From Octopus vulgaris (taxonomy: Eukaryota): a DNA stretch of 64,000 nt. Each line of letters opens with the position of its first letter. The first letter of the stretch is position 1. This document shows, piece by piece, positions 40,308 to 54,489 of the stretch. Below the pieces are notes generated by a model. That model saw nothing but the letters and a program-made list of their open reading frames with translations. It ran no database searches and had not been told where the DNA came from. A program made the position numbers and the translations under genes. The stretch is taken from assembly GCA_951406725.2 (NCBI GenBank), contig OX597834.1, positions 1,860,001 through 1,924,000 on the forward strand, read 5' to 3'.

Positions 40308-40574
40308 TACATACATTAGTATATATATATTGATATATGTATATATGTATGCATATTTGTACATATGTGTATATGTGTGCACGTACATATGTTTTGTATG
40401 GATGTATGTGTGCATGTGCGCATGTATGCATGTATGTGTGTGTGTGGGACATTATGCCTGTATGTATGAATGCACATTTATATTTATGTATGTGTATAAG
40501 TACGTGTGTGCGCTCGCACGTATGTACGCGTGTAAGCGTATGAACCATATAAACGCATATACGTATGAAAGTAC

Positions 40575-40635
<61 letters not shown>

Positions 40636-40954
40636 CATGCTTTTATACACGCGTTGGCGTCAGTTTCTATGACTTTTGCGCTTCGGCGTTTTCATTCGCA
40701 ACTTGGTAGTCGGAGAGCTTGTATAGAAAACGGTTTCAGCTTTGGACATCTAGAATATTCTGCTCTGATTACTCATAGATCGCGAGTTCGAGTTTAGACC
40801 AACATTTACTATAGATTTTTACATTCGGAATTAATTATGTTCATGATGCATTACGTAATTGTATACATACATATATACACACACAAATACATACATACAT
40901 ATATATATCTATATATCTATCTATCTATCTATCTATATATATATATATATAAGC

Positions 40955-40988
<34 letters not shown>

Positions 40989-41114
40989 GCTTATACCATT
41001 TAGATCATGCATTGCATATAACGATAGATAGATAGATAGGTACATACATACATACATACATACATACATACATACACCGACAGACAGACAGGCAGACAGA
41101 TAGATAGATAGATT

Positions 41115-41150
<36 letters not shown>

Positions 41151-41185
41151 AGCAGACAGACAGACAGATAGATATATATATATAT

Positions 41186-41250
<65 letters not shown>

Positions 41251-41264
41251 CAGGCAGAGAGAAC

Positions 41265-41305
<41 letters not shown>

Positions 41306-41498
41306 AGAGAGATGAGTGATCACTTAAGTAAATCCTTTTCTCCAAGAGTTTCCCTCGAAACAAGATATTTCTCTTCGTTTCAAACATTTTCTGTTACTGC
41401 TTCATTGGCATTTCGTATTTGCTTTATACCGGCAGCACTAAAGGCAACGGATTGCGTCGTTTTATTAAAAATATCTATTCTATCTATCTATCCATCAG

Positions 41499-41597
<99 letters not shown>

Positions 41598-42059
41598 CTA
41601 TCTATTTATCTCTCATAAGTATTTCATGTCTATTTATCCACCTATTTTTGTATGTCTATCTATCCATCTATGTGTTGAAGTCTTTGTCTATTAATCTGTA
41701 TATCTGTATACTAATCTGTCTATATATCTATCTGTCCAATCCAGCTATCTATCTATCTGTCTGCATATATATAGACGTATGTGTGTTTTATTCTTTTATT
41801 TGTCTCACACACTTGACCGCGGCCATGTTGGAGCAGCGCCCTGAAGGGTTTTAGCCGAACAAATCGTTTCCAGGACATACTTTTAAAGCCAAGTACTTAT
41901 TCTATCGCTCCTTTTACCGAACCGCTTAATTACGAGGACGCAAACACACCAACAGCGGTTGTCTAGCACACACACACACACACACACACACACGCAAACA
42001 TACATACATACATACATACATGTATATATATATATGTCGATCTCTCTGCCTCTTTATAT

Positions 42060-42138
<79 letters not shown>

Positions 42139-42400
42139 AAAGTAAGAAAGGGGTTATGAGTGTAACCCGCTATGGGATATCAGTTACCCAATATACTGCT
42201 GGTGAAGCACCCAAATACTAAATACATAAATGCTTATAATTGCAATGCAATTAATTCATTTATTGTATTGAATGGGTGAAGGTAAAATATTTTACCTCAA
42301 ATTCATAATACAAATATATATATATATAAAACCCTAAATGTATAGAGATAGAGCTGGAAAGAGATATATAGTGAAACAGACAACTGGTGTGTGTGTATGT

Positions 42401-42468
<68 letters not shown>

Positions 42469-42762
42469 ATGTAAATATTTCTATTTATCAGAAGTTAGCG
42501 GCTTCCGATTCATTCCTTCGCGATACAAACGCATTTTCGGAGCCCGAAATCTTTCATAATTTATATCAGTGTCTGTTGAGCACTTTTGGTGTAAAGTACC
42601 TCGCTAAGATTATCTAAGGAGAACTCTGGGGAGTACGTGACCTATACTCGAGTCTATATGCATGTATTTTTGTATTTGTGTATGTGTGTGTGTGTGACTT
42701 TGTATATCATGCTCCATCATGGCCGCAGAGCAATGCCGAACAAAATACTATTAGCATGCACA

Positions 42763-42793
<31 letters not shown>

Positions 42794-43065
42794 GCCTGTA
42801 GACATAGTAGTTGAATAAATACGAGACGTTTTAAATGAATGCAGCGTTTAGACATTCATGCCTTTCCCGAAGGAATTAACAACAGAGCATGTTAGAGAAA
42901 GCATGAGGAAGAAAGGAGGGGGGGTGAGAGAAGGTTTTTGATTGGTGGATTAAAAGTGGGTCGCCGTCTTAATTCGTCGACACCATCTGCTGTAGTGCAG
43001 CGCCACCACCGAACACCTGGGTCTCTGTTTTCATATGTGTATTTATATATGTATATGTGTGTATG

Positions 43066-43139
<74 letters not shown>

Positions 43140-43469
43140 TGTATGTATGTATGTATGTATGTATGTATGTATGTATGTATGTATGCATGTATGTATGTAT
43201 GTATGCATGTATGTATGTATGTATGTATATATGCGTGTGTGTGTGTGTAATAAACTAAAGTCAAAAATGCGTGATGGATTTCTATGCCATCGTGTAAACA
43301 CATTCACATGTACTTACGCATGTCATTATCTCTTGGTGCAGTGTGTATTTGTGTGTATGCAACTGTAACTATATTGATTTATAAACTACACAGTTCACAC
43401 AAACATTTCTTTCATATATATACACACACACACACGCACACACATACACACACACACAAACACACACAA

Positions 43470-43532
<63 letters not shown>

Positions 43533-43677
43533 TATGAAGAATATTCTAATAAACAAGTTTTGAAGATGTATAATTCTCCATTCTTTATGATATCACATAT
43601 ATATATATATAAAATACGCATGATTATGTAAATGTATGTATAATATACATATGTTAGTTTCTGTGTATATCTATGTA

Positions 43678-43712
<35 letters not shown>

Positions 43713-44049
43713 TTGTGTATGTATATGATTATGTGTAGATGGGGTCTTGTATGTGTGGGTGTCTAGTATTTAGTACGTTTTCCCGTTTTTTTTTTAATAT
43801 ATTTATTCTTTGGGTAGAGGCATGAACTCCACCACATTTCACATCATCATAACAAGCAGAAAAGCGAATTTAGTCACAAATTTGTGTGTGCGTGTGTGTG
43901 TGTGTGTGTGTGTGGACGTGTGAAAGCGTAAAGGCAAGTTGGAAAATAGGCCAACCAGCCATCTTTTTCCCCCATCTAACTACTAATGGCTCGATGGCTG
44001 CCGAACAGAAGAGAACTAACCACAAGCAAGAATATGTAAATACATAAGA

Positions 44050-44142
<93 letters not shown>

Positions 44143-45478
44143 CGTGTGTGTGTGTGTAAGAAAATACACTTATATTCGCACACACACACATTAATGTTTC
44201 TTTGTCGCGTTATTATAAAAAAACACTTTCACATTAAACTGAAGGATTATTCACTACTTCCAGGAGAGTACATATCTATATTTCTAATTAGAAGAATAGT
44301 GTTGATAGTGAATTCGAAGTTTCGTTCTGCTTAGCCTTCACCGGAATGTCAGTGTTGCTTCGATGTCACTGTTAACACAATCTAGCCATGACCACCTCGT
44401 CTTCACTGTATCTAAGACTGCATATTAACGTGTCACCCTCTTGATAAGAGAGTCGCGAGATACATTCACTGATGTAAGTCCTAGAATATGAATTGGTCAA
44501 GATTGGGACTCCGAGGTTCATATTTCTGCACTGTCAGAAGTAGGGATATTTGGCTGCTATTTCTAGCATACCGAGTGACCACATAGAAGATGTTCTTGTT
44601 GTTTAACCCTAGGTAAACCCTGTTTGCGTTGGGCAACAATTCCTCCTGCGACCATCCTGCCTTTATGTATATCTATAATTGTTTTGTATGTATGACCTTC
44701 AGTTTTTATTTTTAAAGAAAGTTTTGATTTGAAGGATATTTAACTGCTATTTCTAGCATAAGGCTTCCAAGATTCCTTTGTGGATGTAAGGTGAGGGGTT
44801 ACATCGTCAGAAGAATGTAAGGAATTTCAAACTGAACCCTTGTATTGAAGGCTTCCAGATAAAGGATCTGTGAATTTGTAAGGTATCTAACAATACATAC
44901 ACACACACGCATTTATATACACATACATTCCCATATAGGCAGTGATATACACACTCAATGTGTCACTCAAATACGCATACACAAATACACACACACGCAC
45001 GAGCGCGTGAACACACACACACGTGATCGTACATTCACGTACATTCATACAACCATACAATCACACACACACACAACTACATACACACAACCACATAAGC
45101 ACATTCGTACACACACACACACACAAACAAACATACTGTCGTATACTCACACAACCACAGTCTTACACCCATACGATCGCACAGACACACAGTCACATAC
45201 TTACACAGCCACACACACACACACACACACACAAGACGATACTATAGCACACACACACACATTAACAGATTCACTTGAATATTGGAGCAGCGGTCTTTGC
45301 TCATTTCTCTCCCCAAACAAGATTGACGAACGACCTTCTGCATCATTCACAGGCCGTGATGGGAATGCAAGACTAATATTTGAACCTGGGTGCTACAAGT
45401 GATCACACATAATATGACCAAATAATTTAATCCATCCACGCTAATAATTTCCGTTAGGCACCCATTAATACCAGAGGC

Positions 45479-45712
45479 CAGTGGCTCTCAACCAGGATCT
45501 ATGTAGCCCTTCAAGGTCCATGTAATCCTCGGCGGGGTCCATATAAGATTTTGTAGCTAAAATCTATCTGCAATAAATTGGTTATATTTCACCAATACAC
45601 AAAACATTTTGATAATTTCTTTTTTCTGTACAATTCCTAATAATATTTAATTCTAAATATCATATGGCTATGAGGGTCCATCCGAATACAAGAGGAATCA
45701 AAAGGGTCTATA
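45479..45712 (+). mobile_element. hAT (Charlie-like) MITE fragment
   Basis: Begins CAGTGGCTCTCAACC with repeated GGGTCCAT subterminal motifs; right end not found (SINE B follows). Confidence 0.55.
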
Positions 45713-45949
45713 CCCATATCTTCTACTATAGCCTCCGGCTGACCAAAGCCTTGACTGGATCTGGTAGACGGAAACCGAATGAAGCTTGTCGCATGTATGT
45801 ATGTATGTATGTATGTATGTATGTATGTATGTATGTATGTATGTATGTATATGTATGTATCTGTGTGTGTGTGTATCTGTGTTTCTCGCCCCATCACCGC
45901 TTGACAACCGATGTTGGTGTGTTTACGTCCCCGTAATTTATATATACAT

Positions 45950-46135
45950 AGGCGCAGGCGTGACTGTGTGGTAAGAAGCTTGCTTCTCAACCACATTGTT
46001 CCGGGTTCAGTCCCACTGCGTGGCACCTTGGACAAGTGTCTTGCTATAACCTCGAGCCAACCAAAGCCTTGTGAATGAATTTGGTAGACGAAAACTGAAA
46101 AGAAGCCTGTCTTTTAAATATATATGTGTAAATTG

Positions 46136-46227
<92 letters not shown>

Positions 46228-46254
46228 GACAGACAGACAGACAGACAGACAGAC

Positions 46255-46313
<59 letters not shown>

Positions 46314-46920
46314 AGACGTGGCAAGTTGGCAGAATCGTTAGCAGACCGAACAGTAATGCTTAGTGGTGTATATTCCCGGCTTTACACTCTGGGTTCAAAT
46401 TCGGTCGTACTCGGCTTTGCTTTTCCTTTTTTCGGAGTCGCTTAAATAAGTACCAGTTGAGCACTGTAATTGACTACACCTACTCCCCAAATTTCAGAAG
46501 TTGTGCCTAAAAAGATATATATATATATACACATATATTATTTGATACCATATAAGGCGGCCTTTTTTCCCCCACGAAAATTCTTTTTAAAAAATATCAC
46601 ACCTGATCTTATATACGAACTCGAGTCTATATATATATATATATAAATACACACGCACAAACATACATATGTGTGTGTGTCTGTGTGTGTTTCTGTGTGT
46701 GTCTGTGTGTGTGTGCGTGTCTGTTTGTACTCACACCATCGCTTGACAACCGATATTGATATGTTTACGTCTCCGTAACCTAGCGGTTCGGCAAAAGAGG
46801 CCGATAGAATAAGTATTAGGCTTACAAAGAATAAGTCCTGCGGTCGATTTGTTCGACTAAAGGTGGTGCTCCAGCATGGTCGCAGTCAAAGGACTGAAAC
46901 AAATAAAAGAATAAAAGAGA
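45950..46920 (+). mobile_element. SINE family B with expanded internal (GATA)n and a nested SINE A (46320-46510)
   Basis: Head 45950-46110 and tail 46720-46920, with microsatellites and a family A copy between them. Confidence 0.7.
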
Positions 46921-47219
46921 ATATATATATATATATAAGATCGAAGGATCGAGGTGTAGGAAGACCTTAAGCAAACCGTAGTATGAATGAAAAACAACTT
47001 CCAGGAACAACAGTGGTTTATCGAGGCGGAAGGTTTTTTCCATATCGAAGTTATGGTAAGCTGAAAAAAATGTTCTTTGTTTTACGGTAGGCAGGTTGGG
47101 TTTCCAGGTAGACGAGTAAAATACAGGAGTTAAGGAATATATACATACATATACACATACATGTATGTAATATACATTTGTATATACGCACAAGACTTAT
47201 ATGCACATACACACACGTA

Positions 47220-47424
47220 CGAGGGAGAGCTGAAAAGTTCCTGGTTTTGGATAAAAGAAAAATAAATACAGAAGCCAGATCAGTTAATTATGTTTTTATT
47301 CAACATAATCCCTTCTCAGATTCACACACTTATTGCAACGGTCCTTCAGTTTTTCTAAGCCCTGTAAAAGATCTTGGACATCTAACCAGGCCTTTAAAGC
47401 CAGGAACTTTTCAGAACCCCATCA
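47220..47424. mobile_element. Mariner-type MITE (~205 bp)
   Basis: TIRs CGAGGGAGAGCTGAAAAGTTCCTGG and CCAGGAACTTTTCAGAACCCCATCA; TA on the left side. Confidence 0.75.
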
Positions 47425-48244
47425 GATGATGGGTGCATGTGTGAGTGTACATACATACACACACACACATACATACCTATACACGCACACATACACACAT
47501 ATACACGCACGCACACATACATACTCCGTATTTCACTAAATTTTGTTTAATGTTCTCCGCCATTATTAAACGTTACCGGGGTGGCTCTTTTCGCCAGACG
47601 ATAGTTTTATCAATGTTAATCGCTGTAACTATTCGAAATAGCAGTGAAGTTATTGATTAATGTCACATTTAACACTTAGTATTTAAATAGTGGGCAGTCA
47701 TTCGATTTGTAATCACAAATTGAAACTGGAAATATTGACATTCTTCGACAATGTCCAGGTAGACGTGTCCAATGCCCCCCCCCCCCCACCAAACCTCACT
47801 TTTTAATCAGTTCCTTTGTTCTCAACAACGAGATTGCAATTTTACCAATAAACAGCAGCTTTTCAAATTTTCTTTTCTTTTCAACCAATTTTTTGCCTCT
47901 TTATTAATTTATTGTTGTTGTTGTTATTTTATTGTTTACACGCGGTAAAACCCTTTGTATCGTCTTGTGTTATCTGTTATGTCATTTTACGTATATCAGA
48001 TTAGCCCTTGTGGCCAATAAAAGAATAGATTTTTTTTCTTTTGTCTCTAATTTTTGGGTGAATTCCACGTTCAAAAACGTGGAGATTAAGATCGTAAAAG
48101 AAAAAAAAAAAGAATTCTTTTCAAAATTCAGTTTTTTTTTTCTCTTTTCTTCAGAGTTTTTTCGCTGATTCCTTAAACGATAATTTTCCACTCTCACCTA
48201 TGATGATTATAAACCGAAACATTTCAACCAATACTGAAAATATT

Positions 48245-48452
48245 GGTTTCAAATTTAGGCACAAGGCCAGCAAGTTCGGGGGGAGGGGAAAAGTCGATTA
48301 CACAGACCCCAGTACGCAACTGCTACTTATTTTATCGATTCCCGAAAGAATGAAAGGCAAAGTCGACCTCGGCGGAATTTGAACTCAGAACGTAACAGCA
48401 GACGAAATGCATTTTGTCCGGTGTGCCAACGATTCTGTCAACTCGTCGACTT
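48245..48452 (-). mobile_element. SINE family A with diverged TSD (AACCAATACT..)
   Basis: Full domain order; AACCAATACT on both flanks. Confidence 0.88.
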
Positions 48453-49179
48453 AACCAATACTAAACTATTAATAATGCTACCTGGAAATGATGGACCACA
48501 ATGGTATACATGTATACATGTATAGGAGAAAATGATTTACAGTATTTGTTGCGACTCACAGGGTCCCAAGTTCAAATTTCGCCGAAATCGTCTCTACCTT
48601 TCATCATTCCGATGTCGATAAAATAAAGTGCCAAAGCACCAGTGCAGAGCAACGTGGTTCACAGGCAGAGCTATAAGGGCATCGAAGAAAAGCCTTAGCG
48701 TTCTGTGTCCCAGGGACGAAAAATAGTCAGTGAAAGGACCCATTTTGAGCATGCGCCTGTGAAAATAAACGGAGAGGGCTCTTGCCCGTGGCTTTTGTGG
48801 GTTTTTCCACGAGTATCCTTAAAGCGCTTGCCCCATTTTTAGGAGTTTAATAATAATTATTATTATTGCTGAAGTCCTTTTATTGCAATAAGCTTGATGA
48901 CATATTTACAACAAATGTTACATTATTATTTACAAAAAAATTATTTAGATATTTTTCTGGCAATATTCACCATTCAACTACGAATTCCAAAGATTTCAAT
49001 GTTTTTCCATCGGCACTTACCAATATCTGAAGATTGTTTCTGTCGGGCCCTGCACCATGAATCTGTCCATTGCTAAACATAGGCTGAAGGCCCATTAAAT
49101 GGCCGTCTTTATGACTTCGCCTTCATTTACTTATATATAGGCGAACCATATAACTCGATGACCAGCCTGGTCGTTAATA

Positions 49180-49381
49180 ACTCTTTACTCTTTACTCTTT
49201 TACTTGTTTCAGTCATTTGACTGCGGCCATACTGGAGCACCGCCTTTAGTCGAGCAAATCGACCCCAGGACTTATTCTTTGTAAGCCCAGTACTTATTTT
49301 ATCGGTCTCTTTTGCCGAACCGCTAAGTGACGGGGACGTAAACACACCAGCATCGGTTATCAAGCAATGCTAGGGGGACAA

Positions 49382-49412
<31 letters not shown>

Positions 49413-49577
49413 CAACAGGCTTCTTTCAGTTTCTGTCTACCAAATCCACTCACAAGGCATTGGTTAGCCCGGGGTTATAGCAGAAGACACTTGCCCAAGA
49501 TGCCACGCAGTGGGACTGAACCCAGAACCATGTGGTTGGTTAGCAAGCTACTTACCACACAGCCACTCCTGCGCCTA
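49180..49577 (-). mobile_element. Full-length young SINE family B
   Basis: tRNA-like head AGGCGCAGGAGTGGCTGTGTGGTAAG..GGTTCAGTCCC, CORE-like CTTGGGCAAGT, internal (TA)(TG)n, tail (GTAAAAGA)n. Confidence 0.92.
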
Positions 49578-49739
49578 TAATAAGCTGAGATTTTAGGAAG
49601 ATCTGGTTGCTATTTCTAGCAAATTGGTTGATTACATGTAAGCTCTGTCTTTGGCTGTGGTGGCGATGGCAGTGATGGTGGGTATACTATTGTTGGTTAA
49701 GATAGTGGTGATATTGGTGGGGTTAATAGTGTTTTTGTC

Positions 49740-49915
49740 GTGGTGGTGGTGGTGGTGGTGGTGGTGGTGGTGGTGGTGGTGGAGGCGGTGGTAGTGGTGG
49801 TGGTGGTGGTGGTGGTGGTGGTGGTGGTGGTGGCAGTGGTGGTGGTGGTGGTGGTGGTGGTGGTGGTGGTGGTGGTGGTGGTGGTGGTGGTGTTGGTGGT
49901 GGTGGCGGTGGTGGT
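49740..49915. repeat. (GGT)n microsatellite
   Basis: Direct read. Confidence 0.95.
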
Positions 49916-51986
49916 GTTAGGTATGTTATGACGGAGATTGTAATAGTGCGGTATTGCTATTGTTGTTGTTGGTGGTGGCTGTGATGGTGGTTGTGGTCGT
50001 AAGTGTGATATTGGTTGTATTAGTCGTAGTGGTGGTTGTGGTGGCTGTATTGCTAGAAGTGGAGATGGTGGAATTGATGGTGGTGGTGTTGGTGGTGGTG
50101 GTGGTGGAAGAAATATCTTTATTTCACCCAAAATCACTAAAAAATATAATATATATATATATATATATATATCAGTAAAGGTCTCCTGCCAAACGTCACT
50201 GCAATAGAAAAGTCAGTCATTTAAAATTTCAAATTAGGGATCAGAAGCAAAATAGAAATAATTACGCCTTAATGAATTTGAGAGTTTATTGTAAAGGAAC
50301 CCGCATAGCCAACTTATCGACATGGAATTAATTCTGTCTGTCTATAAGACATTAAAATGTAGCTGCTTCCTATTCTGGAACACTACAAAATATGATTTGC
50401 TGCCAGCCAATGAGGGAAGTCTATACATGGGCGATCAAACTGCTAGAAATAACAGTCAATATCTCTTGCAAAATTACAGCGTAACCTCTGTGAAAAAAAG
50501 GACACATTTAATGAGGTATTTCTGAGAACATTAATTAATTATTCTGCCTGGGAAATAGACAGGTTGTTCACGATTTGAACGCCTTTGGTTTTAATTGTCT
50601 GCTGGATCAGGACTGACTTAGGGTTAAACAGCAGCTAGAAGAGGCAATAAATTTGCAGTTACTCTACAGAAATTTCAATGGAAAACAATAAATGTATGGA
50701 CGTAAAATATTTCTCAATGATTTATTATTGGTGATATGGTAAGGAAGGTGGTCATTCACCTCAGTGCGGGCGACATGTAGTAGGACAGGAAGCTGGTTTT
50801 TACAGACATATATACAGAAATATATAAATACAAATAACAGCCATTGCTGTGTTTCTTGTACGATAGAGCCATTCCATCGCTTATGCTACACCCCCGCCGC
50901 TAATTAACGACGTCGCTCAATACAGGATAATAGTAGTGGCAGAGAGGTGCAGGGAGAGAGTGTGCGTGAGTCAGTAAAGGGAGGGGGAGCCAGTAGTAAC
51001 AACAAAAACAGCCAAACAACACAGCAACAACAATACTAACAACCAATGAGAGATCCGTCTTCATGGTCGCTAGATATGCTAGAAATAAGAAGCAAATCCC
51101 CCTCAAATTACACTTTATAAATTGTATTAAGACAGTAGTCCTCGATTTTCCTAAAAAGGCGGGATGGTCATCTGTGGAATGTCTACCTTGGGCTGAACAA
51201 CAATAACTACAGCTACTCCTCCCTCGTCGCCATAAAATAAACAACAGCAGTTGGGTGATGCAGTTCCGGATAGACAACGCCCAAAATGTTTGGAATGGCC
51301 ACGGCCGGCATGCTTTTGCTCATTTGCTCAATTTGGGCTAAATTCGGGTTAAGCAACAACAACAATGAAAAGTTACTCTTGTTTAGCCCCAGGTCAACCT
51401 GATATATAATTAAAATCAATCCACCTGTGACCATCCCATCTATATGTTTCCTTTAGCATTCAAAGAGTATCTAAAGTGATCGAACATGTTCCATTTTTTA
51501 GATGAGGTGTAAACCGAGCGAGGTTTGGCTGCTATTTCTAACAGAACAACCAACCACTTAGAGGCTTCTTTCTGGAAGAAGACAATTTGTAAACTGTCAT
51601 GGCGCCATTTCGGTTTGTAAGGTTTGTGTGTGTGTGTGTGTACATATACACATAAGTGTGTATGTGTTTACGTGTGTGTATGTGTGTACATATATGTGTA
51701 TGTGTGTGAGTATGTTTACGCGTGTTTGTGTATACATATAGATGTGTGTGTGTGTACATATGTGTATGTGTTTACGTGTGTGTGTATATCTGTGTGTGTG
51801 TGTGTGTACATATATATATATATATGTGTGTGTGTGTTTACGTGTTTGTGTGTGCGATGTTGAAGGCGAAACTTCGAAGTCGCTGTCAATTTGTTTAAAT
51901 TTTATACTTTATATGTATAAGGTGTTTTTTTCCAGATAAATCTTAAATGTTTTCAGTCAGACAGACAGACACTTAGATAGACAGAC

Positions 51987-52027
<41 letters not shown>

Positions 52028-52053
52028 TACACATATACATGCGCGTGTGTATA

Positions 52054-52109
<56 letters not shown>

Positions 52110-52774
52110 TATATATATACATATGTATATATGCGTCTGTGTGTATTTGCCCACATACATACATATATGCATGCATGTATGCATGGATGTATATAGATGC
52201 ATATATATAAACGAGTATCTATAATGATATTCAACAAATGTTGTACAGTTTATAAACTTCCGCTGAAAGCGACGACAGCTCACAGTCGAGGCATTTCATG
52301 TATCTCGCAATTGGGAAAGCACTCGGGGCATAGGCGATGCATGAACGTCACGACTTCCAATCCACGACGACCATCACCTCCATATCTTCCTCTACTTCTT
52401 GAGGTCAGAAGATCTGATTAACCCGTTGATGGATACTTTTAATAGTGAATCTTCCAGCGATAACCATTAATATTTGCACAAACACTTTATGCCTGTGTGT
52501 ATGTATGTGTATACGTGTATGTGCGTATATAGGTGATGGGTTTAACATGCATTTATATTTAATGTCTGTGTGTGTGAATACGTGCAAAGCATCTGTGACA
52601 TTTATTTTGTATTGTATATAGCAAATAAAGTATCATATACAAATATATTTCGACATACATGCGTCTGTCTATCGTTCTAGCTATTTGACGATCCATTTTG
52701 CTGGCAATTTTCTAATTTTTCGCTATCTCTAAAGATAGCCTGTTTATCTTTCTACATAGCCATGTATTTGTCCA

Positions 52775-52818
52775 TCTATCTATCTATCTAACTATGTATG
52801 TATGTATGTATCTATCTA

Positions 52819-52917
<99 letters not shown>

Positions 52918-53024
52918 TATACTTACGTACATACGTACATACATCTTTATATATTTGTCTATCTAGATCCTATCTGCCTGTCTGTCTGTTTATGTATCTG
53001 TTTTTGTGTTTGTGTATCTATCTG

Positions 53025-53077
<53 letters not shown>

Positions 53078-53078
53078 A

Positions 53079-53151
<73 letters not shown>

Positions 53152-53175
53152 GTCTGTCTGTCTGTCTGTCTATCT

Positions 53176-53206
<31 letters not shown>

Positions 53207-53990
53207 CGTCCGTCCGTCCGTCCGTCCGTCTGTCTGTCTGTCTGTTTAACTATTTATCTATCACTCTTATACATACATACATACATACATACATGCATAC
53301 AAACACACATATCTTTATATATTTGTCTGTCTATCTATCTGTCTAGCCGTCTATCTGTCTGTCTGTCTGTCTGTTTGTTTATCTCTCCACTAATCTATTC
53401 ATTTTTCTATCTAACATCATTGGTGGCCGTATTTTCAGTGCGCCCCCGTATGCATACGCACATATATTTACATACATATACTTTACATATACACATAAAC
53501 ACACATGTATATACATACACTCACACATACATACATACATACATATATACACACATATATGCATACATAAATACATACATACATGCAAACATACATATAC
53601 ACATACATAATACATACATACGTACACACATACATTCCTTCACATATACATATATACACACACATGCATACATACATACACATATATGCATGGTACATAT
53701 ACTTACACTCATATATACATACATACACACACATATATACATATATAAATACACACATACATGTGAACATACTCATACACATACATAATACATACATACG
53801 TACACACATACATACATACCCTCACATATACATATATACACACGCAGCTACATATACACACACTCACATACATACATACATACATACATACATACATACA
53901 TACATACATACATACATACGCACACATACGCACACATATACATACATACGCACACATACGCACACATATACATACATACATACATACAAA
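52775..53990. repeat. Compound microsatellite block (TGTC/TATC/TCCG/CATA/CA)
   Basis: Direct read; representative of similar blocks at 13.1, 17.5, 22-25, 30-32, 40-44 and 57.5 kb. Confidence 0.95.
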
Positions 53991-54489
53991 CGATAGCTGT
54001 GACCCGCCAACGAGTGTGGCTTAACAGAATGTACCATGCTTTCATTAATTGTTTAAAGTGCCTGAGTAGTCTCGAGATGACGTTGACATCGGCTCACCAC
54101 TGTCACTACTAATCTTGACCCTGCGGCATATCAGGAGGAAGAGAAAGCTACACTAACACTCGGCTGGTATTCATTTCATCTGAGTCTACTCAGCTTAAAT
54201 ATTAACGTGAAATGAAATAATTTGCTCAAGGATGCAACGCAATGCCCGGTCTAGGTATCGATTGAACCTTCGAACTTGGGATTATGAGCCCCAAATATTA
54301 TTATTGATATCAGCACTTGTTGAGCAATTTTAGAGGAAAGATGACCTCGCTAACAGACGTACCCAGCGAAGCCGGGGTATGTCTTGTTAGCGAGTGTGTT
54401 TGCTTCCAGAAAGTTAATATCTGTATTGCAGATGGAGAATCAGAAAACGTTTGGTTATTCTTCTCAGGAACTGTGAATGAAGAGAATTA

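Noticed and set aside
52230-52470. Possible minus-strand exon (..GRRGLEVVTFMHRLCPECFPNC..)
   Set aside because: No polypyrimidine acceptor and no recognisable homology
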